In this document: positions 1 to 11,831 of the stretch, piece after piece | How positions within the stretch are numbered: position 1 is the first letter of the stretch | Layout: each line of letters begins with the position of its first letter | DNA from: an uncultured Cytophagia bacterium | GTDB taxonomy: Bacteria > Zhuqueibacterota > Zhuqueibacteria > Thermofontimicrobiales > Thiofontviventaceae | NCBI GenBank assembly: GCA_964498785.1 | Contig: CAZCJL010000021.1 | Coordinates: 2,818-66,817 of the forward strand | Reading direction: 5' to 3' | DNA: 64,000 nt | Made by a program: the position numbers and the translations under genes | The notes under the pieces: model-generated | Told to the model about the DNA's origin: nothing | The model's database searches: none | Seen by the model: the letters and a program-made list of their open reading frames with translations, nothing else

Positions 1-88
1 GAAGCCTGATTATTCCCAACGCAGCAACAAACATAAAAGAAGCGCCCAATACCAACAATATTGCTGCAATCCATTCCATAATAATCAT
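1..88 (-). CDS. mrpG: Na+/H+ antiporter subunit G (MrpG/MnhG). The gene is 5'-complete; its 3' end (C-terminus) runs off the window.
   Basis: The reverse strand from ATG at 86-88 reads [29 protein letters not shown]..., a typical MnhG N-terminal TM helix. Its ATG overlaps the mrpF stop (ATGA), and it is the last gene of the mrpA-G operon order. Confidence 0.7.
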   Translation of the reverse strand, partial: MIIMEWIAAILLVLGASFMFVAALGIIRL

Positions 89-369
89 AACACCCTCTTT
101 TCTAAATATCGTGCAAAGGCAACAGTCCCCAGAAATGTGATAAGAGCTAACAGGACAGTTGCATTCAGATAAACAATTTCTTTGGTTAAAGCGACGTAAC
201 TAATAATAACGCCTAAAATTAACAACGTTATTAAATCCATTGCAACGATTCTGTCGGGCAAGCTCGGGCCAAGTACTAATCGTATAAAAGCTAAAATAAG
301 CGCTACAAATAATATAAACAGAGAGATTGCAGCCGCGTATTCTATCGGTGTAGATAATTCGAAAATCAT
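85..369 (-). CDS. mrpF: Na+/H+ antiporter subunit F (MrpF/MnhF)
   Basis: A 94-aa 3-TM protein with MnhF-like sequence (…[21 protein letters not shown]…). Its position in the operon is consistent. Confidence 0.8.
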   Translation of the reverse strand: MIFELSTPIEYAAAISLFILFVALILAFIRLVLGPSLPDRIVAMDLITLLILGVIISYVALTKEIVYLNATVLLALITFLGTVAFARYLEKRVL

Positions 370-713
370 CGGTATAATTCCAATATTTTTTTTTCTAATC
401 CATTTTTGATTTGCTGTTTTAACTTACCAACATCATGTATGTACATAGCATGAATATATATTACCCTTCGATCTGTTGAAACATCCAGAGATAACGTTCC
501 CGGGGTCATGGTAATCAGATTATTCAATGAAAGAATTTCCATATCAGTATCGACATCCATCGGGATGGCAATTACTCCGGGTTTCATATAATGTTTTGGA
601 GTGAGGATGTCATAAGATATCTGTAAATTTGCCTTAATAACTTCTTTAATGTAAAAAAACAGGAAAAAGATAAACGTTGGAATTTTTAAAATCAGTGAAA
701 TTAATTTTTTCAT
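366..713 (-). CDS. mrpE: Na+/H+ antiporter subunit E (MrpE/MnhE)
   Basis: 115 aa, MnhE-like, and translationally coupled (4-nt overlaps) with mrpD and mrpF. Confidence 0.75.
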   Translation of the reverse strand: MKKLISLILKIPTFIFFLFFYIKEVIKANLQISYDILTPKHYMKPGVIAIPMDVDTDMEILSLNNLITMTPGTLSLDVSTDRRVIYIHAMYIHDVGKLKQQIKNGLEKKILELYR

Positions 714-2203
714 AGTTGAACTCCTAATACAGCTTTAATATATTCTGCCGGATGAATGAGTTGTTCTGCCGCTTTTAAAGCGACATTGAAAAAAGGTTCA
801 GTCATTAAACCGATAATGATTGTGATACCCGCCAATAATGCAATCGGAAAGATCAACGAAAATTCCGGTTTCTGAGATGTATCATCATCCGCTTTATTCG
901 GGGCGGCTTTCCAGAATGCTTCGGCCCAGATTTTGGTCATCGAATAGAGCGTTAAAATGCTGACAATGAGCGCCACAATAACGATTGCATATTGCCCGAC
1001 TTCCAAGCCCGCTTTTATTAAAACGAATTTCGCCCAGAATCCTGATAACGGTGGAATGCCAGCAAGTGAGAATGCAGGAATGACAAAGAGCAGGGCTAAA
1101 AAGGGATAGCCTTTATACAAGCCACCGAGTTTTTTTAAGTTATACGTGCCTTTTAAACGGTTCGCAACACCTGCGATCAAAAAGAGGTTCGTTTTTACGA
1201 CAATATGGTGAATGATGTAAAAAACAGATCCTGCAATCGCTAATTTAGTGAAAATACCGAGTCCCATGATCATGTAACCAATTTGGCTAATGATGTGGAA
1301 TGAAAGAATTCGCCGGAATTCGAATTGTGAAGCCGCAGCTAATACGCCGGTAACCATGGTTAGACCGGCAATCCACAGAATCAAGGGGTGGTTGAATCCG
1401 GTATCAACGACAAAGAACAAGGTAAAACTACGGATCATTGCATAGACGCCGACTTTTGTGAGCAACCCGGCAAAAATCGCGGAGATCGCCGCGGGAGGAG
1501 TATGATAGGACGCTGGCAGCCAAAAGAACATGGGAAACGCCGCGGATTTAATTCCGAAAGCAACAAGAAATAGCATTGCAACAATGTTAATGACTTCCGT
1601 ATCAGGCAATGTCCTTATTTTTAATGCAAGATCCGCCATGTTCAATGTACCGATTTGACCGTAAAGGATTCCCAGTCCTGACAGAAAAATCGCCGACGAA
1701 ACAAGATTTATTGTTACATACTTCACGCCGCCTTCCATTTGTTTTTTATCGCCGCCCAGCACCATCAGTACAAATGAAGACATGAGCATCACTTCAAACC
1801 AGACGTAGAGATTAAAGATATCGCCGGTCAGAAAAGCGCCACAAACGCCCATGAGCAAAAAATTGAGCAATGGGAAAAAGCCAAATTTTTGTCTCTCAGG
1901 ATCGATATTAATAATTGAATAGATATTTACCGTGATCCCCATAATTGCAGTGATAATAATCATCACTGCGCTAAATAAATCAGCGACCAGGGTTATACCA
2001 TAAGGCGCCGGCCAGTTTCCCATTTGCACCGCCTGGATACCATGTTCATTTATCTGATTAAACAGTAAAACAGATACGATAAATAACACGGAATTACCAA
2101 TCAGGCTGATATATTTTTGTGAATTTCGCCAGCGATATGAAAATAACAAAATAATTGCTGTGGCTAAAGGAATTAAAATCGGAAGCGGGATCAGCACTTT
2201 CAT
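710..2203 (-). CDS. mrpD: Na+/H+ antiporter subunit D (MrpD, NuoN/NuoM-like proton-pumping subunit)
   Basis: A 497-aa polytopic membrane protein with complex-I antiporter-like motifs (…[31 protein letters not shown]…). Confidence 0.85.
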   Translation of the reverse strand: MKVLIPLPILIPLATAIILLFSYRWRNSQKYISLIGNSVLFIVSVLLFNQINEHGIQAVQMGNWPAPYGITLVADLFSAVMIIITAIMGITVNIYSIINIDPERQKFGFFPLLNFLLMGVCGAFLTGDIFNLYVWFEVMLMSSFVLMVLGGDKKQMEGGVKYVTINLVSSAIFLSGLGILYGQIGTLNMADLALKIRTLPDTEVINIVAMLFLVAFGIKSAAFPMFFWLPASYHTPPAAISAIFAGLLTKVGVYAMIRSFTLFFVVDTGFNHPLILWIAGLTMVTGVLAAASQFEFRRILSFHIISQIGYMIMGLGIFTKLAIAGSVFYIIHHIVVKTNLFLIAGVANRLKGTYNLKKLGGLYKGYPFLALLFVIPAFSLAGIPPLSGFWAKFVLIKAGLEVGQYAIVIVALIVSILTLYSMTKIWAEAFWKAAPNKADDDTSQKPEFSLIFPIALLAGITIIIGLMTEPFFNVALKAAEQLIHPAEYIKAVLGVQL

Positions 2204-2547
2204 TCATCTGTTCCTTTCATCATATCCAGGTCGTCAGTTCCGATAGTTTGATGCGAGCGGTGCAATAATACTAACATAAAAGCAAGCACGCCAAAGCTAA
2301 TCACAATCGCTGTCAAAATTAGCGCCTGAGGCAACGGATCTGCCGAATTCGCTGAGATTGAGCCTGCGCCTTCGGGAATAAGAGGAGCCACTGCACGTGT
2401 GAGTCCTCCTGCTGTGAAGATGAGCAGATTGGTTGCCTGGCTCAGTAGAATTAAGCCAATAACCAGTTTAATAAAACTACGCCGGAGCATCGAATAGATA
2501 CCTGCGGCGTAGAGTAAGCCAATTAAAAATGCTAACATTACTTCCAT
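2200..2547 (-). CDS. mrpC: Na+/H+ antiporter subunit C (MrpC, NuoK-like)
   Basis: 115 aa, beginning [44 protein letters not shown], a classic MnhC/NuoK fold. Confidence 0.85.
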   Translation of the reverse strand: MEVMLAFLIGLLYAAGIYSMLRRSFIKLVIGLILLSQATNLLIFTAGGLTRAVAPLIPEGAGSISANSADPLPQALILTAIVISFGVLAFMLVLLHRSHQTIGTDDLDMMKGTDE

Positions 2548-2548
2548 A

Positions 2549-2962
2549 TTATTCCTCCATTAGTAGGAACACCACGTTTAGTAAAACCCCGACGACGACA
2601 AGATAAACGCCGATATCAAAAAACAGTGGCGTGCTTACACCGATTTTCAACAATGAGGGTATGTAAATAACAAAGAATTCAACGGTTTTGAATGGGGTTC
2701 CGGTGAACATGGTTATCGCACCGCTTAACAGTGCTAATGATAAACCGGATCCAATTAAATAAATGGGTTCAATCCGTAATTTACCACGTGCTGATTGTAC
2801 ATCGTACGCAATGGCATACAGGATAAAACCGGCAGCAGCCAGCAGACCACCTACGAATCCACCGCCCGGAGCGTCGTGACCGCGTATCAATGTAATGAAT
2901 GAAAAGAAGACGAACAACGGTAATAAATTTCTGCCAGCAATGCGTAAAATCAGAGATTTCAT
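2549..2962 (-). CDS. mrpB: Na+/H+ antiporter subunit B (MrpB/MnhB)
   Basis: A 137-aa 4-TM protein of the MnhB type, lying between mrpA and mrpC. Confidence 0.8.
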   Translation of the reverse strand: MKSLILRIAGRNLLPLFVFFSFITLIRGHDAPGGGFVGGLLAAAGFILYAIAYDVQSARGKLRIEPIYLIGSGLSLALLSGAITMFTGTPFKTVEFFVIYIPSLLKIGVSTPLFFDIGVYLVVVGVLLNVVFLLMEE

Positions 2963-5281
2963 TTAATTGTCCTTTTGTTTCGTTTTTAATTTCAGGATTG
3001 CAAATACACCGATTGCCGCAATTGAAAGCACAGTAATTTCGCCCATTGTATCAAATCCCCGGAAGTCCACTAAAATTACGTTCACAATGTTTCTACCATG
3101 TGCTATTTTCAGGCAATTATCATTAAAATATTGTGAAACGCTTTCAGCGATCTGTAGATAATGTGTGGATAGTACCAGTATTGTCATAACAATTCCAATT
3201 GAGGCCGAGACAATGAAATCACGAATTCTTGACTTCCATGCTGATATTCTTGCAAACGAAGGTAAATGATACACTACCAAAAGAAGAAGGATAACCGTCA
3301 ATGTCTCAATCAGGAATTGTGTGATTGCAAGGTCGGGTGCACCGAAAAGGATGAAGATAGTTGCCAGTCCATAACCGACTACCCCCAATGAAATGACAGC
3401 CGTAATTCGGGAACGGGTTAGTATGGATAAGAAGGTGGCGCCAATCATGATGAGGACGAGTATAAACTCGTAGAAATTGACCTCAAATTTTATGTGTGCA
3501 AAAGTTAATCCGCATAGCCTGGAAATTTGTACAGACAACAGAATCGCTGTGCTTAGAAGAATTGTCATTAAATAGTAGCGCAAGTAACCATTTTGTAGAA
3601 TTCGTGTTTGCAAACTGGCAAATGCTAATAGACCATTCAGGCCTTTTTTAAACAGAACTGTCGGGGTAAACGGCTCTGCAAAAGAGAATCTTTTCCGGTT
3701 TTGACGTAAAAAGTTTCGTGCAAAATAAAGCGCTATGCCTAGAATTAACGTAATAACGCTTAATAAAAACACCACATTGATACCGTGCCATAATTTTAAA
3801 TGGACAATGTGTTCTTCCGCGCGAATTGCTGTGACAGAAGATGATATTAACGGAAAAGCGATAAAATGAGGAAATAATCCCAGAATAAGACCAATAAATG
3901 CCAACACCAGTGGACCAAACCATAGTGTGATGGGAGTTTTCTTTGATGTTGCAGGTGTTTGATCATTTTTACAAATAAACGGGCAGATCCCCACACTCGC
4001 AGCAACTGTCACGTTGGCCACATTTGCAATGATACCCGCAATCGTGATAAGGATGGGCGCTGTTTCGATGTAAAGATTAGCCTCATAAAGTAATTCTTTA
4101 GAAATAAATCCCAAAAGCGGGGGAAATCCTGACATGGATAATGCAGCCAATCCTGCGGCGATTGCTGTCATTGGCATGGATTTTACCAATCCCCCCAGAA
4201 CCTGAACATCCCGCGTGCCGGTTTCATGGTCGATAGCGCCGGCAACCATAAATAATGCGCCTTTGTAAAGTGAATGCACAATTAAATAAACCATAGCTGC
4301 TTTTATTGCCATGGTAGTGCCAATTCCCAATAGCATTGTAAGCGCTCCCAGCGCGCTGATTGTCGTGTATGCAAGCAGCTTTTTTAAGTCAACTTGCGGT
4401 AACGCCTGTAACGCGCCGATGAGCATAGTCATTACGCCAATAAAAGTGACTATGTAATGCCACTCCCCCGTGCTTCCTAAAACAGGATGTAATCTGGCTA
4501 ACAGATAAATCCCGGCTTTAACCATTGTTGCTGAGTGCAGGTATGCACTCACCGGCGTTGGCGCTTGCATTGCACCGACCAGCCAAAAATGAAAGGGAAG
4601 CTGAGCCGATTTGGTGAATGCTCCAATCAGAACTAGTAATAAAACAGGCAAATATAATCCGGACGAGCGAAGCACTTCCGGATTTTTCAAAAGTTCAGTA
4701 AATTCATAGGTTCCGGAAACAGTGCCAATTAAAACAAAACCAGCCAGCAGAGCAAGTCCGCCCAATCCGGTCACTAAAAGCGCCTGCAGGGCAGCATATC
4801 GGGATTTCTCACTTTCGTTATTAAATCCAATCAGTAAGTAGGATGTGAAACTGGTCAATTCCCAAAAGATGAAAATGGTGATCAAATTTCCCGCTAAAAC
4901 AACTCCCAACATCGATCCCATAAATAGAAGCAGGTAGATATAAAAACGATTCAAATAGTGATGACCGTGCAAATATCCGCTACCGTAAATAACGATCAAG
5001 GTTCCGATTCCACTGATGAGTAGTCCAAATATCAGGCTTAATCCATCCAAATATAGGGAAAAATAGATCCCCAGGGCGGGAAACCACGATTTTAAAATGT
5101 AGTAAGTTTGAATTTCGGATGAAATACACACTTTTGGGATATAGCTGGTCAAGTAAAGAAAAATGCTCAATGGAAGAATTGCTAAAAGTTTACCGGTTTT
5201 ATCTCTTAACACCCGGTTGATAACCGGGATAAATATGGTGACTATGAATAGAGCGAGAATGGCGCCTATCAGTATACTCAA
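2963..5281 (-). CDS. mrpA: Na+/H+ antiporter subunit A (MrpA, NuoL-like with C-terminal MnhB-like domain)
   Basis: A 772-aa polytopic protein carrying NuoL/ND5-type antiporter motifs. It is the first gene of the operon, sitting downstream of the 880-bp promoter region. Confidence 0.85.
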   Translation of the reverse strand: MSILIGAILALFIVTIFIPVINRVLRDKTGKLLAILPLSIFLYLTSYIPKVCISSEIQTYYILKSWFPALGIYFSLYLDGLSLIFGLLISGIGTLIVIYGSGYLHGHHYLNRFYIYLLLFMGSMLGVVLAGNLITIFIFWELTSFTSYLLIGFNNESEKSRYAALQALLVTGLGGLALLAGFVLIGTVSGTYEFTELLKNPEVLRSSGLYLPVLLLVLIGAFTKSAQLPFHFWLVGAMQAPTPVSAYLHSATMVKAGIYLLARLHPVLGSTGEWHYIVTFIGVMTMLIGALQALPQVDLKKLLAYTTISALGALTMLLGIGTTMAIKAAMVYLIVHSLYKGALFMVAGAIDHETGTRDVQVLGGLVKSMPMTAIAAGLAALSMSGFPPLLGFISKELLYEANLYIETAPILITIAGIIANVANVTVAASVGICPFICKNDQTPATSKKTPITLWFGPLVLAFIGLILGLFPHFIAFPLISSSVTAIRAEEHIVHLKLWHGINVVFLLSVITLILGIALYFARNFLRQNRKRFSFAEPFTPTVLFKKGLNGLLAFASLQTRILQNGYLRYYLMTILLSTAILLSVQISRLCGLTFAHIKFEVNFYEFILVLIMIGATFLSILTRSRITAVISLGVVGYGLATIFILFGAPDLAITQFLIETLTVILLLLVVYHLPSFARISAWKSRIRDFIVSASIGIVMTILVLSTHYLQIAESVSQYFNDNCLKIAHGRNIVNVILVDFRGFDTMGEITVLSIAAIGVFAILKLKTKQKDN

Positions 5282-5696
5282 CTTTAGAAACCTCGTATTT
5301 TTTTGAATGATATTTCAATTAATAATTGTTTAAAGGATCATTATTTATTCCATAAGGCTTTTTCATTATCGCATAACCCATTCCTGGCGGATTTATTTTA
5401 TCACAGAGCTGTCGAAAATATAATACTATAATATTGCAAATTTTCGACCTGGAAGCAACTATTTTTGTCAATTGAGATTAATTAATTAATTTTGAATGAA
5501 TCGAAATCTCATTTAATTGGAGCATTTTGATTTTTAATATCACGACCAGGAATTATTAAAAGGTAAATCTACAAAACAAATTTAATAATGTCAATAAAAA
5601 TGTTAGCCTCAATAATTCATACGCCACAAAAACGCAGCGACGCAACGCATTTTTCTTAACACAAGCTCACTACAAATTTTAAAATCTTCTTTGTAT

Positions 5697-5760
5697 TTGA
5701 TAATGATAGCAGATGTTCGCTTTTGTTTTGAATTTATATTTTGATAATTGGAATTTATCA
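5697..5760. promoter_or_regulatory. Two Fur-box-like AT-rich palindromes in the mrpA / giant-surface-protein divergent promoter region
   Basis: The sequence tTGATAATGATAGCagatg at about 5697-5716 matches the first 10-11 nt of the Fur consensus GATAATGATAATCATTATC. A perfect 6-7-6 palindrome TGATAATTGGAATTTATCA lies at about 5742-5760. Both sit in the 880-bp non-coding gap between divergent genes. Confidence 0.3.
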
Positions 5761-6164
5761 CGCCAAAGATGGATGCGTCCTCCGGCGCTTATGTGCTTTG
5801 TTACTTGAAAATTGTAGTATATAAAATTCATTTTAGAATTTTAGGTATTATCAAAATTTTGCAAGGGTTTTTCAACGATTCTTGAGTTTCAGGAAAGCCT
5901 GTAAAGGTTTTGCATTTCAACTGTTGATAAAATAGTACGTTATAATTAGATTGAATATTTCGTTTCGAATTTCAGGTATTAAATGGCGCAAATCAATTTT
6001 CGACTTATATGTTTGATTTTGTTAACTAATATCCGCATTTTACTGATATTGGATGTATTTAACTCTTACCTGTTTGCGAATAACTATTTGCTTGTCAGTG
6101 AAATATAAATTAGCAATCTATTCCGAGAGCCTCGAATCAAGAATGAACTATTTGTGTCTTAGCC

Positions 6165-9100
6165 ATGAAATCACATTGTGTTTTCAAAATCATTATCGCA
6201 TTTTTACTTGTTCTGTATAAAATTGCCATTTCACAGAGTGATTTTAGCTCCTCATCTTCAAATATTAGCTCCACACAATTTATACCTGGTATATATTACA
6301 AGTATTTTCATGGAACCTGGACAAAATTACCGGTTTTTAATGATGAAAAACCGGTGGCGTCCGGAATTATCAATAATTTTGATATTAGCAATCGCCAGCA
6401 GGACGATCATTTTGCTTTTCAATTTCAGGGATATATTCATATTTCACGAGCTGGAAAATATCAATTTTATTTGAAATCTGATGACGGGGCCAAACTTTTT
6501 ATTAACGGAAAATCAATTGTTGATAACGACAACATGCATGTTGCACGAGAACGGAGCGGATCTGTTCAATTAAGCGAAGGCGTGCATTCCATTGAGTTAC
6601 ACTATTTTGAAAGGGAGGGCAGACAAGTATTGGAGCTACGTTACTCTGGTCCCGGAATAAAGAAAACAAAAATACCGGATCAGGTGTTATTCCGGGAGCA
6701 AATTGCAGGTTTTCCCATGCCCTGGCAGAACGAAGATATCGGACGGGTCTCGATTGGTGGTAGTGCATTCTATAACAATGGAAAATTTATTGTAAAAGCC
6801 TCTGGTGATGATATTTGGGGAGATGACGATGAATTTCATTTCGTCTATTGGCCAATGAATGCTGATGTTGAAATTATTGCAAAAATCAACTCAATAACTG
6901 ATACCGACGACTGGGCAAAGTCAGGGATAATGATTCGCGAATCTTTGAAAGATGATTCAAAACATGCTTTTATGCTAGTCACTCCGGATGAAGGATCCGC
7001 ATTTCAACGCCGCATTATAGATAAAAAAAATAGTTATCACTCCGGAAGCAGCGGTTCCGTTCCCATCTGGCTAAAACTGGAACGGATTGGAAATACATTT
7101 ACAGGTTACAAATCCAAAGATAGTCTGAACTGGATTCGGGTGGGAACCGAGCAGATCAAAATGGAGGATGAAACATACGCCGGAATTGCCCTCACCAGTC
7201 ATGATGATAGAAAATTGTGTACGAGCAATGTCCTAATTTATCTAAGTGGTGTTTACGATGATATCATTTTGACGCCTGAATTTCCTGTATTACCAGCAGA
7301 TGGTAAAAGTACAGTGAGCATTAAATCTGATCCATTATACGGATTTAAGGGCACGATCGTACCACAAGGAACACCGGTCACTGTAACCACAGACATGGGT
7401 AAAATTATTTCAATCGATAAAAATACCGAAATTTCAGGCGTGCAGGTGATGACCGATGAGCAGGGCCAAATCAGTTTTGAGTATCAGGCTGCAAATGAAC
7501 CGGGGATTGCGAAAGTATTTGCTAAAAGTGTTTTCGGAGACGCTAGCGGGGAAACGACCGTCGAACTATTGGGAGAAAACATCCAGCTTGTTTCAACAAA
7601 CTCTGACGTGACAGAGTTATCACAGGGACAGAAAAACATTCCTGTTTCAATGCGCATCCGAAATGAGGGTGTAATGACATCGCATCTTAGCGATGCTGAT
7701 TTAATCATATCCGGAACCGGATCGATTTCAGCCAGAAATCATTTTGATGTTCAGCGAACAGACACTCTGTCGATAGTAAGGCCAGCACAATCTGCAGAAT
7801 TGACTTTTATTGTGTCAGCTCATCCGGATGCTGATACAGTTACATATTCCATTGACGGGCGGTTGGTGACCGAAATTGGAACTTACACCAATTGCCTGCA
7901 TCAACACCAATGGCAGGTTGAATCTACACCCGCGTTACGAATTGAATCTATCGACGCGTTTGCAGACGATATATTTCAAGGACAGGACGGGCTAATTGTG
8001 ACGATGGAAGTGGTAAATAATGGTATGGCAACAGTGGATTCAGTTGACGCAGGATTAACATTTTGGCGCCAGGGTAATGATATTAGCCTGGAATATCAGG
8101 TAACACTAAGTGAGGACACTCCTCAAATAATAGATGGCCATTCAAAAATAACGATAATGTTTTTGGTGAATGTCTCCACATCCGCGACTCTTGATACGAT
8201 TGATATTATTGGTCATTTATCCGGTGTGGATGTGAATTCCGGAATAAAATATCACGCAGATTCTGATGATGCAATAGACAGATGGCTTGTTAAACGAGCC
8301 GAAGGTATTCTTTTTCAGGCTATTGATGTTTCGCATAAATACGCGATTATCGGACAGCAGGAGCCCTGGACTATTCGTACTCATGTGAGAAATGTGAGCG
8401 GTGTTGATTTGGAACTGGATAGTGTACAGGTAAAATTCAACATTTTTAATGAAGATGTGACAGATGAATACAATTTTATTTATCCGGAAACATTTTTAGG
8501 AACCCAAACAGTAGCATTTAATAACGAAGCTGAGGACAGTTTGCAAATTCACGTCAATTCATTCGGCGCCTCAGCCGGATTATTGGAAATAACGATTTTC
8601 ATTTATTGTCATGCACGAGATTTTCATTTTACAGTCAATGATTCAAGCCCGCGCGGGCTGGGTTATATTTTCATCTATGGACCGCCGGAACTGCAAATTT
8701 CCACGGAGATTGATAGCTGTTTTCATATTACTGAAAATGGAGACGGGCTTGTTAATCTGGATCAATCATTTGCAGTGAAGGTACTGGTGCGAAATATTGG
8801 AGATGAAGAGTTAAGTAATGTTGGCGTTACCATTTTGTCTAATGAAGAATGTATTTCAATATCAGATACGTCCCAAATTGCATCATCTGTTTTGAAAAAT
8901 CGATCAGCAACGCTTTTTTATAATTATATCGCGCAGGCAAACCTGGTTCCTGCCGTGGAATATTTTAATGTCCGGGTTGATAGTGCTTTTGGTTCAAAAA
9001 GCGGAGAGCCGGCTAAAATTAATCCGCTTTCCGATATGAACGCCCGGGTAACAATATTCCGCCCCGCTGAATTGCACATTACCGCAGATTCTCTGATTGA

Positions 9101-10919
9101 AACGCCAACAGATAAAATTTTTCCGGTCGATGTTACTGTGATTAATCCAAACGGCCATGCACAATGTGATAGCAGTGGCGAACTGACAATTAAATTACCG
9201 GACGGCTATTTTATTCGGGGTGAAAATTTGACGAAACGATTTCTACCGAATAAAAGCATTTCATGGAACGTTCGTTCGCCATCGAACGCGGTTGAAACTG
9301 ATTCAATTTTAATCTTCATCAGCCGGCGTTCCTATGATGTAAATATGCTTACACCGGCGATAGTCGGAACGGATTCTATCTTTGTAAAAGTAAATACACT
9401 TGAATCATTTGTTAATATAAAAAATGTGACGATTAATTCTCCAAATGGCGCGCGTGACGATACGTTATCAACCGGTCAGACATTTCAGGTATCAGCGATC
9501 ATTGGTCAGCAAATGGCAGCAAATATCAACGCAGTGATGGATATTCCGCCAGGTTATTCAATCGTGAGTTCGGAAAAAATTGATGATGACACACTCTTAT
9601 GTACATGGACGCTCACGGCGCCAAACTATCCGCATTACCAGCCAGAGATGTTCATTCTTAATGCAAGCGGAAATTTGGTTACTGATACCACAAAAATTGT
9701 CGGCATCCCGGATTCTTCTTTGTCAGTCGTGACCGTCAATCGAGCCAATCTCACTGTTGAAGCGGAGATTATCGATCCTCCGAAAGCAGTGGAAGGTCAG
9801 GTTCAGCCAGATATGGAATTTGTAATTTGCGGATATGTAAAAAACAACGGAGATGCTTCTATTTACGGCACTGGAAGCTTACGCCTTGATATTGAAGATC
9901 AAACACATTTTCAGATCATTGGGCCGGATGTGTTGCCAGCGAGTGAAGATTCGGTTACCTGGACGATCCGAACAGCAGCCGAATTACCGCAAGATAACTG
10001 GGTATTAAAAGTCAGGCTGCAGGATATTCCAGAAGATATCAATACGAATTCTGATGCATTCGTTGAAAAGGATTATAAAGATATCGCGGTGACCTCTGCC
10101 AGTGGCGGTGTCGGACGGTTGGAATTAATGATAAGGAAAATACCGGATATTGCGCAAACATCCATTGTTGCCGGTGAAACCAAAATTTTACTGGGTATTA
10201 CCTGCACCAACCTGTCGGTGGATAACGAAATTCCGATTCTGCTCCATTCATTTAAATGCGACACTTATGGTGAAAACGGTGATTTAATTTATCCGTTTCA
10301 AACAATGTCGGAAATTCGCATTGTTAATAGCCGAAAGCAAGTGGTTGCTCAAAGCACTGAAATTTATGCCAACCCGGTGACAATCGAATTCCATATACCA
10401 GACACGATTAAGGCGCAGCAATCAGACAGCCTCTTTTTTGAAATTGATTTTAATGAACAACTGGATCGCCGGTTTAAAATTTATATTAAAGACAGTTCGT
10501 ATGTTCGCGCAACATCGATTGTAGATGTTTACATGGTGAATGGTTTGGGGAATTCACACGGGAACTTAGATATTAGCTCGAATTGTCCGGTAATCATTCA
10601 GCGGAATTTGAAGAAATCGTTTCGCTGCTATCCCAATCCGTTTGGAAGCTCGAACAGAAGTAGCACGAATTTTGTGTATTATTTGGATCAAAATACCGCT
10701 GTGCAGCTTAAAATATTTACACTTCTGGGAGAACTGGTCTGGGAAGCGTCTTTTCGCGAAGATGAACCCCAGGCAAAAAAAGGATTACATGCCTCTGATG
10801 ATATTCGATGGGATGCCAAAAATATGCGCGGTAAAGAAGTGTTGAACGGTGTTTATATTGCTTGCATCCGTACTGGCGACGGCAAAACCGCAATCACCAA
10901 AGTTGCAGTCTTGAAATGA
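6165..10919 (+). CDS. Giant secreted cell-surface protein: signal peptide, PA14 domain, ConA-like/jelly-roll domain, multiple CARDB/Ig-like repeats and a C-terminal T9SS (Por) sorting domain
   Basis: - The N-terminus MKSHCVFKIIIAFLLVLYKIAISQ is a signal peptide.
- PA14 motif: GYIHISRAGKYQFYLKSDDGAKLFINGKSIVDND…ELHYFEREG.
- There are repeated '…V.V.N.G…' CARDB-like units.
- The last ~85 aa (CYPNPFGSS…VYIACIRTGDGKTAITKVAVLK) match the T9SS CTD pattern (YPNPF…, terminal beta-strands).
- There is no SD upstream. Confidence 0.8.
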   Translation: MKSHCVFKIIIAFLLVLYKIAISQSDFSSSSSNISSTQFIPGIYYKYFHGTWTKLPVFNDEKPVASGIINNFDISNRQQDDHFAFQFQGYIHISRAGKYQFYLKSDDGAKLFINGKSIVDNDNMHVARERSGSVQLSEGVHSIELHYFEREGRQVLELRYSGPGIKKTKIPDQVLFREQIAGFPMPWQNEDIGRVSIGGSAFYNNGKFIVKASGDDIWGDDDEFHFVYWPMNADVEIIAKINSITDTDDWAKSGIMIRESLKDDSKHAFMLVTPDEGSAFQRRIIDKKNSYHSGSSGSVPIWLKLERIGNTFTGYKSKDSLNWIRVGTEQIKMEDETYAGIALTSHDDRKLCTSNVLIYLSGVYDDIILTPEFPVLPADGKSTVSIKSDPLYGFKGTIVPQGTPVTVTTDMGKIISIDKNTEISGVQVMTDEQGQISFEYQAANEPGIAKVFAKSVFGDASGETTVELLGENIQLVSTNSDVTELSQGQKNIPVSMRIRNEGVMTSHLSDADLIISGTGSISARNHFDVQRTDTLSIVRPAQSAELTFIVSAHPDADTVTYSIDGRLVTEIGTYTNCLHQHQWQVESTPALRIESIDAFADDIFQGQDGLIVTMEVVNNGMATVDSVDAGLTFWRQGNDISLEYQVTLSEDTPQIIDGHSKITIMFLVNVSTSATLDTIDIIGHLSGVDVNSGIKYHADSDDAIDRWLVKRAEGILFQAIDVSHKYAIIGQQEPWTIRTHVRNVSGVDLELDSVQVKFNIFNEDVTDEYNFIYPETFLGTQTVAFNNEAEDSLQIHVNSFGASAGLLEITIFIYCHARDFHFTVNDSSPRGLGYIFIYGPPELQISTEIDSCFHITENGDGLVNLDQSFAVKVLVRNIGDEELSNVGVTILSNEECISISDTSQIASSVLKNRSATLFYNYIAQANLVPAVEYFNVRVDSAFGSKSGEPAKINPLSDMNARVTIFRPAELHITADSLIETPTDKIFPVDVTVINPNGHAQCDSSGELTIKLPDGYFIRGENLTKRFLPNKSISWNVRSPSNAVETDSILIFISRRSYDVNMLTPAIVGTDSIFVKVNTLESFVNIKNVTINSPNGARDDTLSTGQTFQVSAIIGQQMAANINAVMDIPPGYSIVSSEKIDDDTLLCTWTLTAPNYPHYQPEMFILNASGNLVTDTTKIVGIPDSSLSVVTVNRANLTVEAEIIDPPKAVEGQVQPDMEFVICGYVKNNGDASIYGTGSLRLDIEDQTHFQIIGPDVLPASEDSVTWTIRTAAELPQDNWVLKVRLQDIPEDINTNSDAFVEKDYKDIAVTSASGGVGRLELMIRKIPDIAQTSIVAGETKILLGITCTNLSVDNEIPILLHSFKCDTYGENGDLIYPFQTMSEIRIVNSRKQVVAQSTEIYANPVTIEFHIPDTIKAQQSDSLFFEIDFNEQLDRRFKIYIKDSSYVRATSIVDVYMVNGLGNSHGNLDISSNCPVIIQRNLKKSFRCYPNPFGSSNRSSTNFVYYLDQNTAVQLKIFTLLGELVWEASFREDEPQAKKGLHASDDIRWDAKNMRGKEVLNGVYIACIRTGDGKTAITKVAVLK

Positions 10920-11285
10920 AAACCGATTCTATCAATTAGAGGGACAGAATCAGTGGATAGAACAAATCAAATTGCGTTACTGCTTGTTACCTTTTACGCA
11001 TTTTCGATGGCGTCAGCCATCGGAAATAATCTGGTAACTAATTGCTGGCGTTCTGATGAAACGAATATTTAGTCCTGTTATTTTTTTGTGAAGAGAATCA
11101 GGATTCCACGTGAACAAATTATGAAGGCAAATTCAAACGGAGCTAAAAATAATTCGTATGTTATGCTGATCATTAGCGTGCACTGTTCCGAAGTTATTCT
11201 TAAGATAGATATCTGCTGTAGTGGACTTAGATTTATAAAGTACATTTATTTTTCTGTATTATGAATAAAAAGAGACGGCTGAATC

Positions 11286-11831
11286 ATGAAACAATCTTCT
11301 TCAATTATACAAACCTGCCAGGAAAGTGTTACCGCTGAAAATTATTATCACAGAAATCGTGGCTTTAGCTGCGTCGGGCTGGTGAGTCCCAGGGATAAAA
11401 AAAATATTGGCTCGGTGATAAGAGCTGCCGGTTGTTTTAAAGCAGCATTTGTTGCTGTCAGTGGCAGTTCGGTACAGGAAAAATATCTTCGGGCAGATCC
11501 AATGAAGATGAATCGTCATTTGCCTGTGCTGCAAGTTTCAGAAATACACAAAGTGCTTCCATTTCAATGCGTACCGGTTGCAGTGGAGTTGGCAGATCAG
11601 GCGATGTCGTTAGTCGATTATCTGCATCCCGGGCGTGCGTTTTACATTTTTGGTCCGGAAAACGGATCGCTCGGTTCCAAAATTTTAAATTGGTGCCAGG
11701 ATGTTGTTTACATACCGGTATCGAATTGTCTGAACCTGGCTGCTGCGGTGAATGTTGTGCTTTATGACCGTCTCATCAAAATGGAAACCAATCAAGGTAA
11801 AATTATAAATTATTCTGACAAAATAATTTAG
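11286..11831 (+). CDS. SpoU/TrmH-family RNA 2'-O-methyltransferase (SPOUT)
   Basis: Motifs NIGSVIRAAGCFKAAFVAVSG, …FYIFGPENGSLG… and VYIPVSNCLNLAAAVNVVLYD are hallmark SpoU motifs 1-3. Confidence 0.75.
   Translation: MKQSSSIIQTCQESVTAENYYHRNRGFSCVGLVSPRDKKNIGSVIRAAGCFKAAFVAVSGSSVQEKYLRADPMKMNRHLPVLQVSEIHKVLPFQCVPVAVELADQAMSLVDYLHPGRAFYIFGPENGSLGSKILNWCQDVVYIPVSNCLNLAAAVNVVLYDRLIKMETNQGKIINYSDKII

Noticed and set aside
1388-1573. Short ORFs antisense to or nested within long genes. Examples: 1388-1573, 2967-3161, 3648-3923, 6178-6474, 6502-6768, 7484-7708, 11301-11534, 12907-13107, 14198-14518, 15630-15890, 21000-22277, 43173-45337, 48269-49200 and 52286-52573.
   Set aside because: Each lies entirely inside a much longer ORF that has clear family motifs on the other strand or frame. 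They have odd composition and no RBS, and are typical spurious six-frame ORFs.
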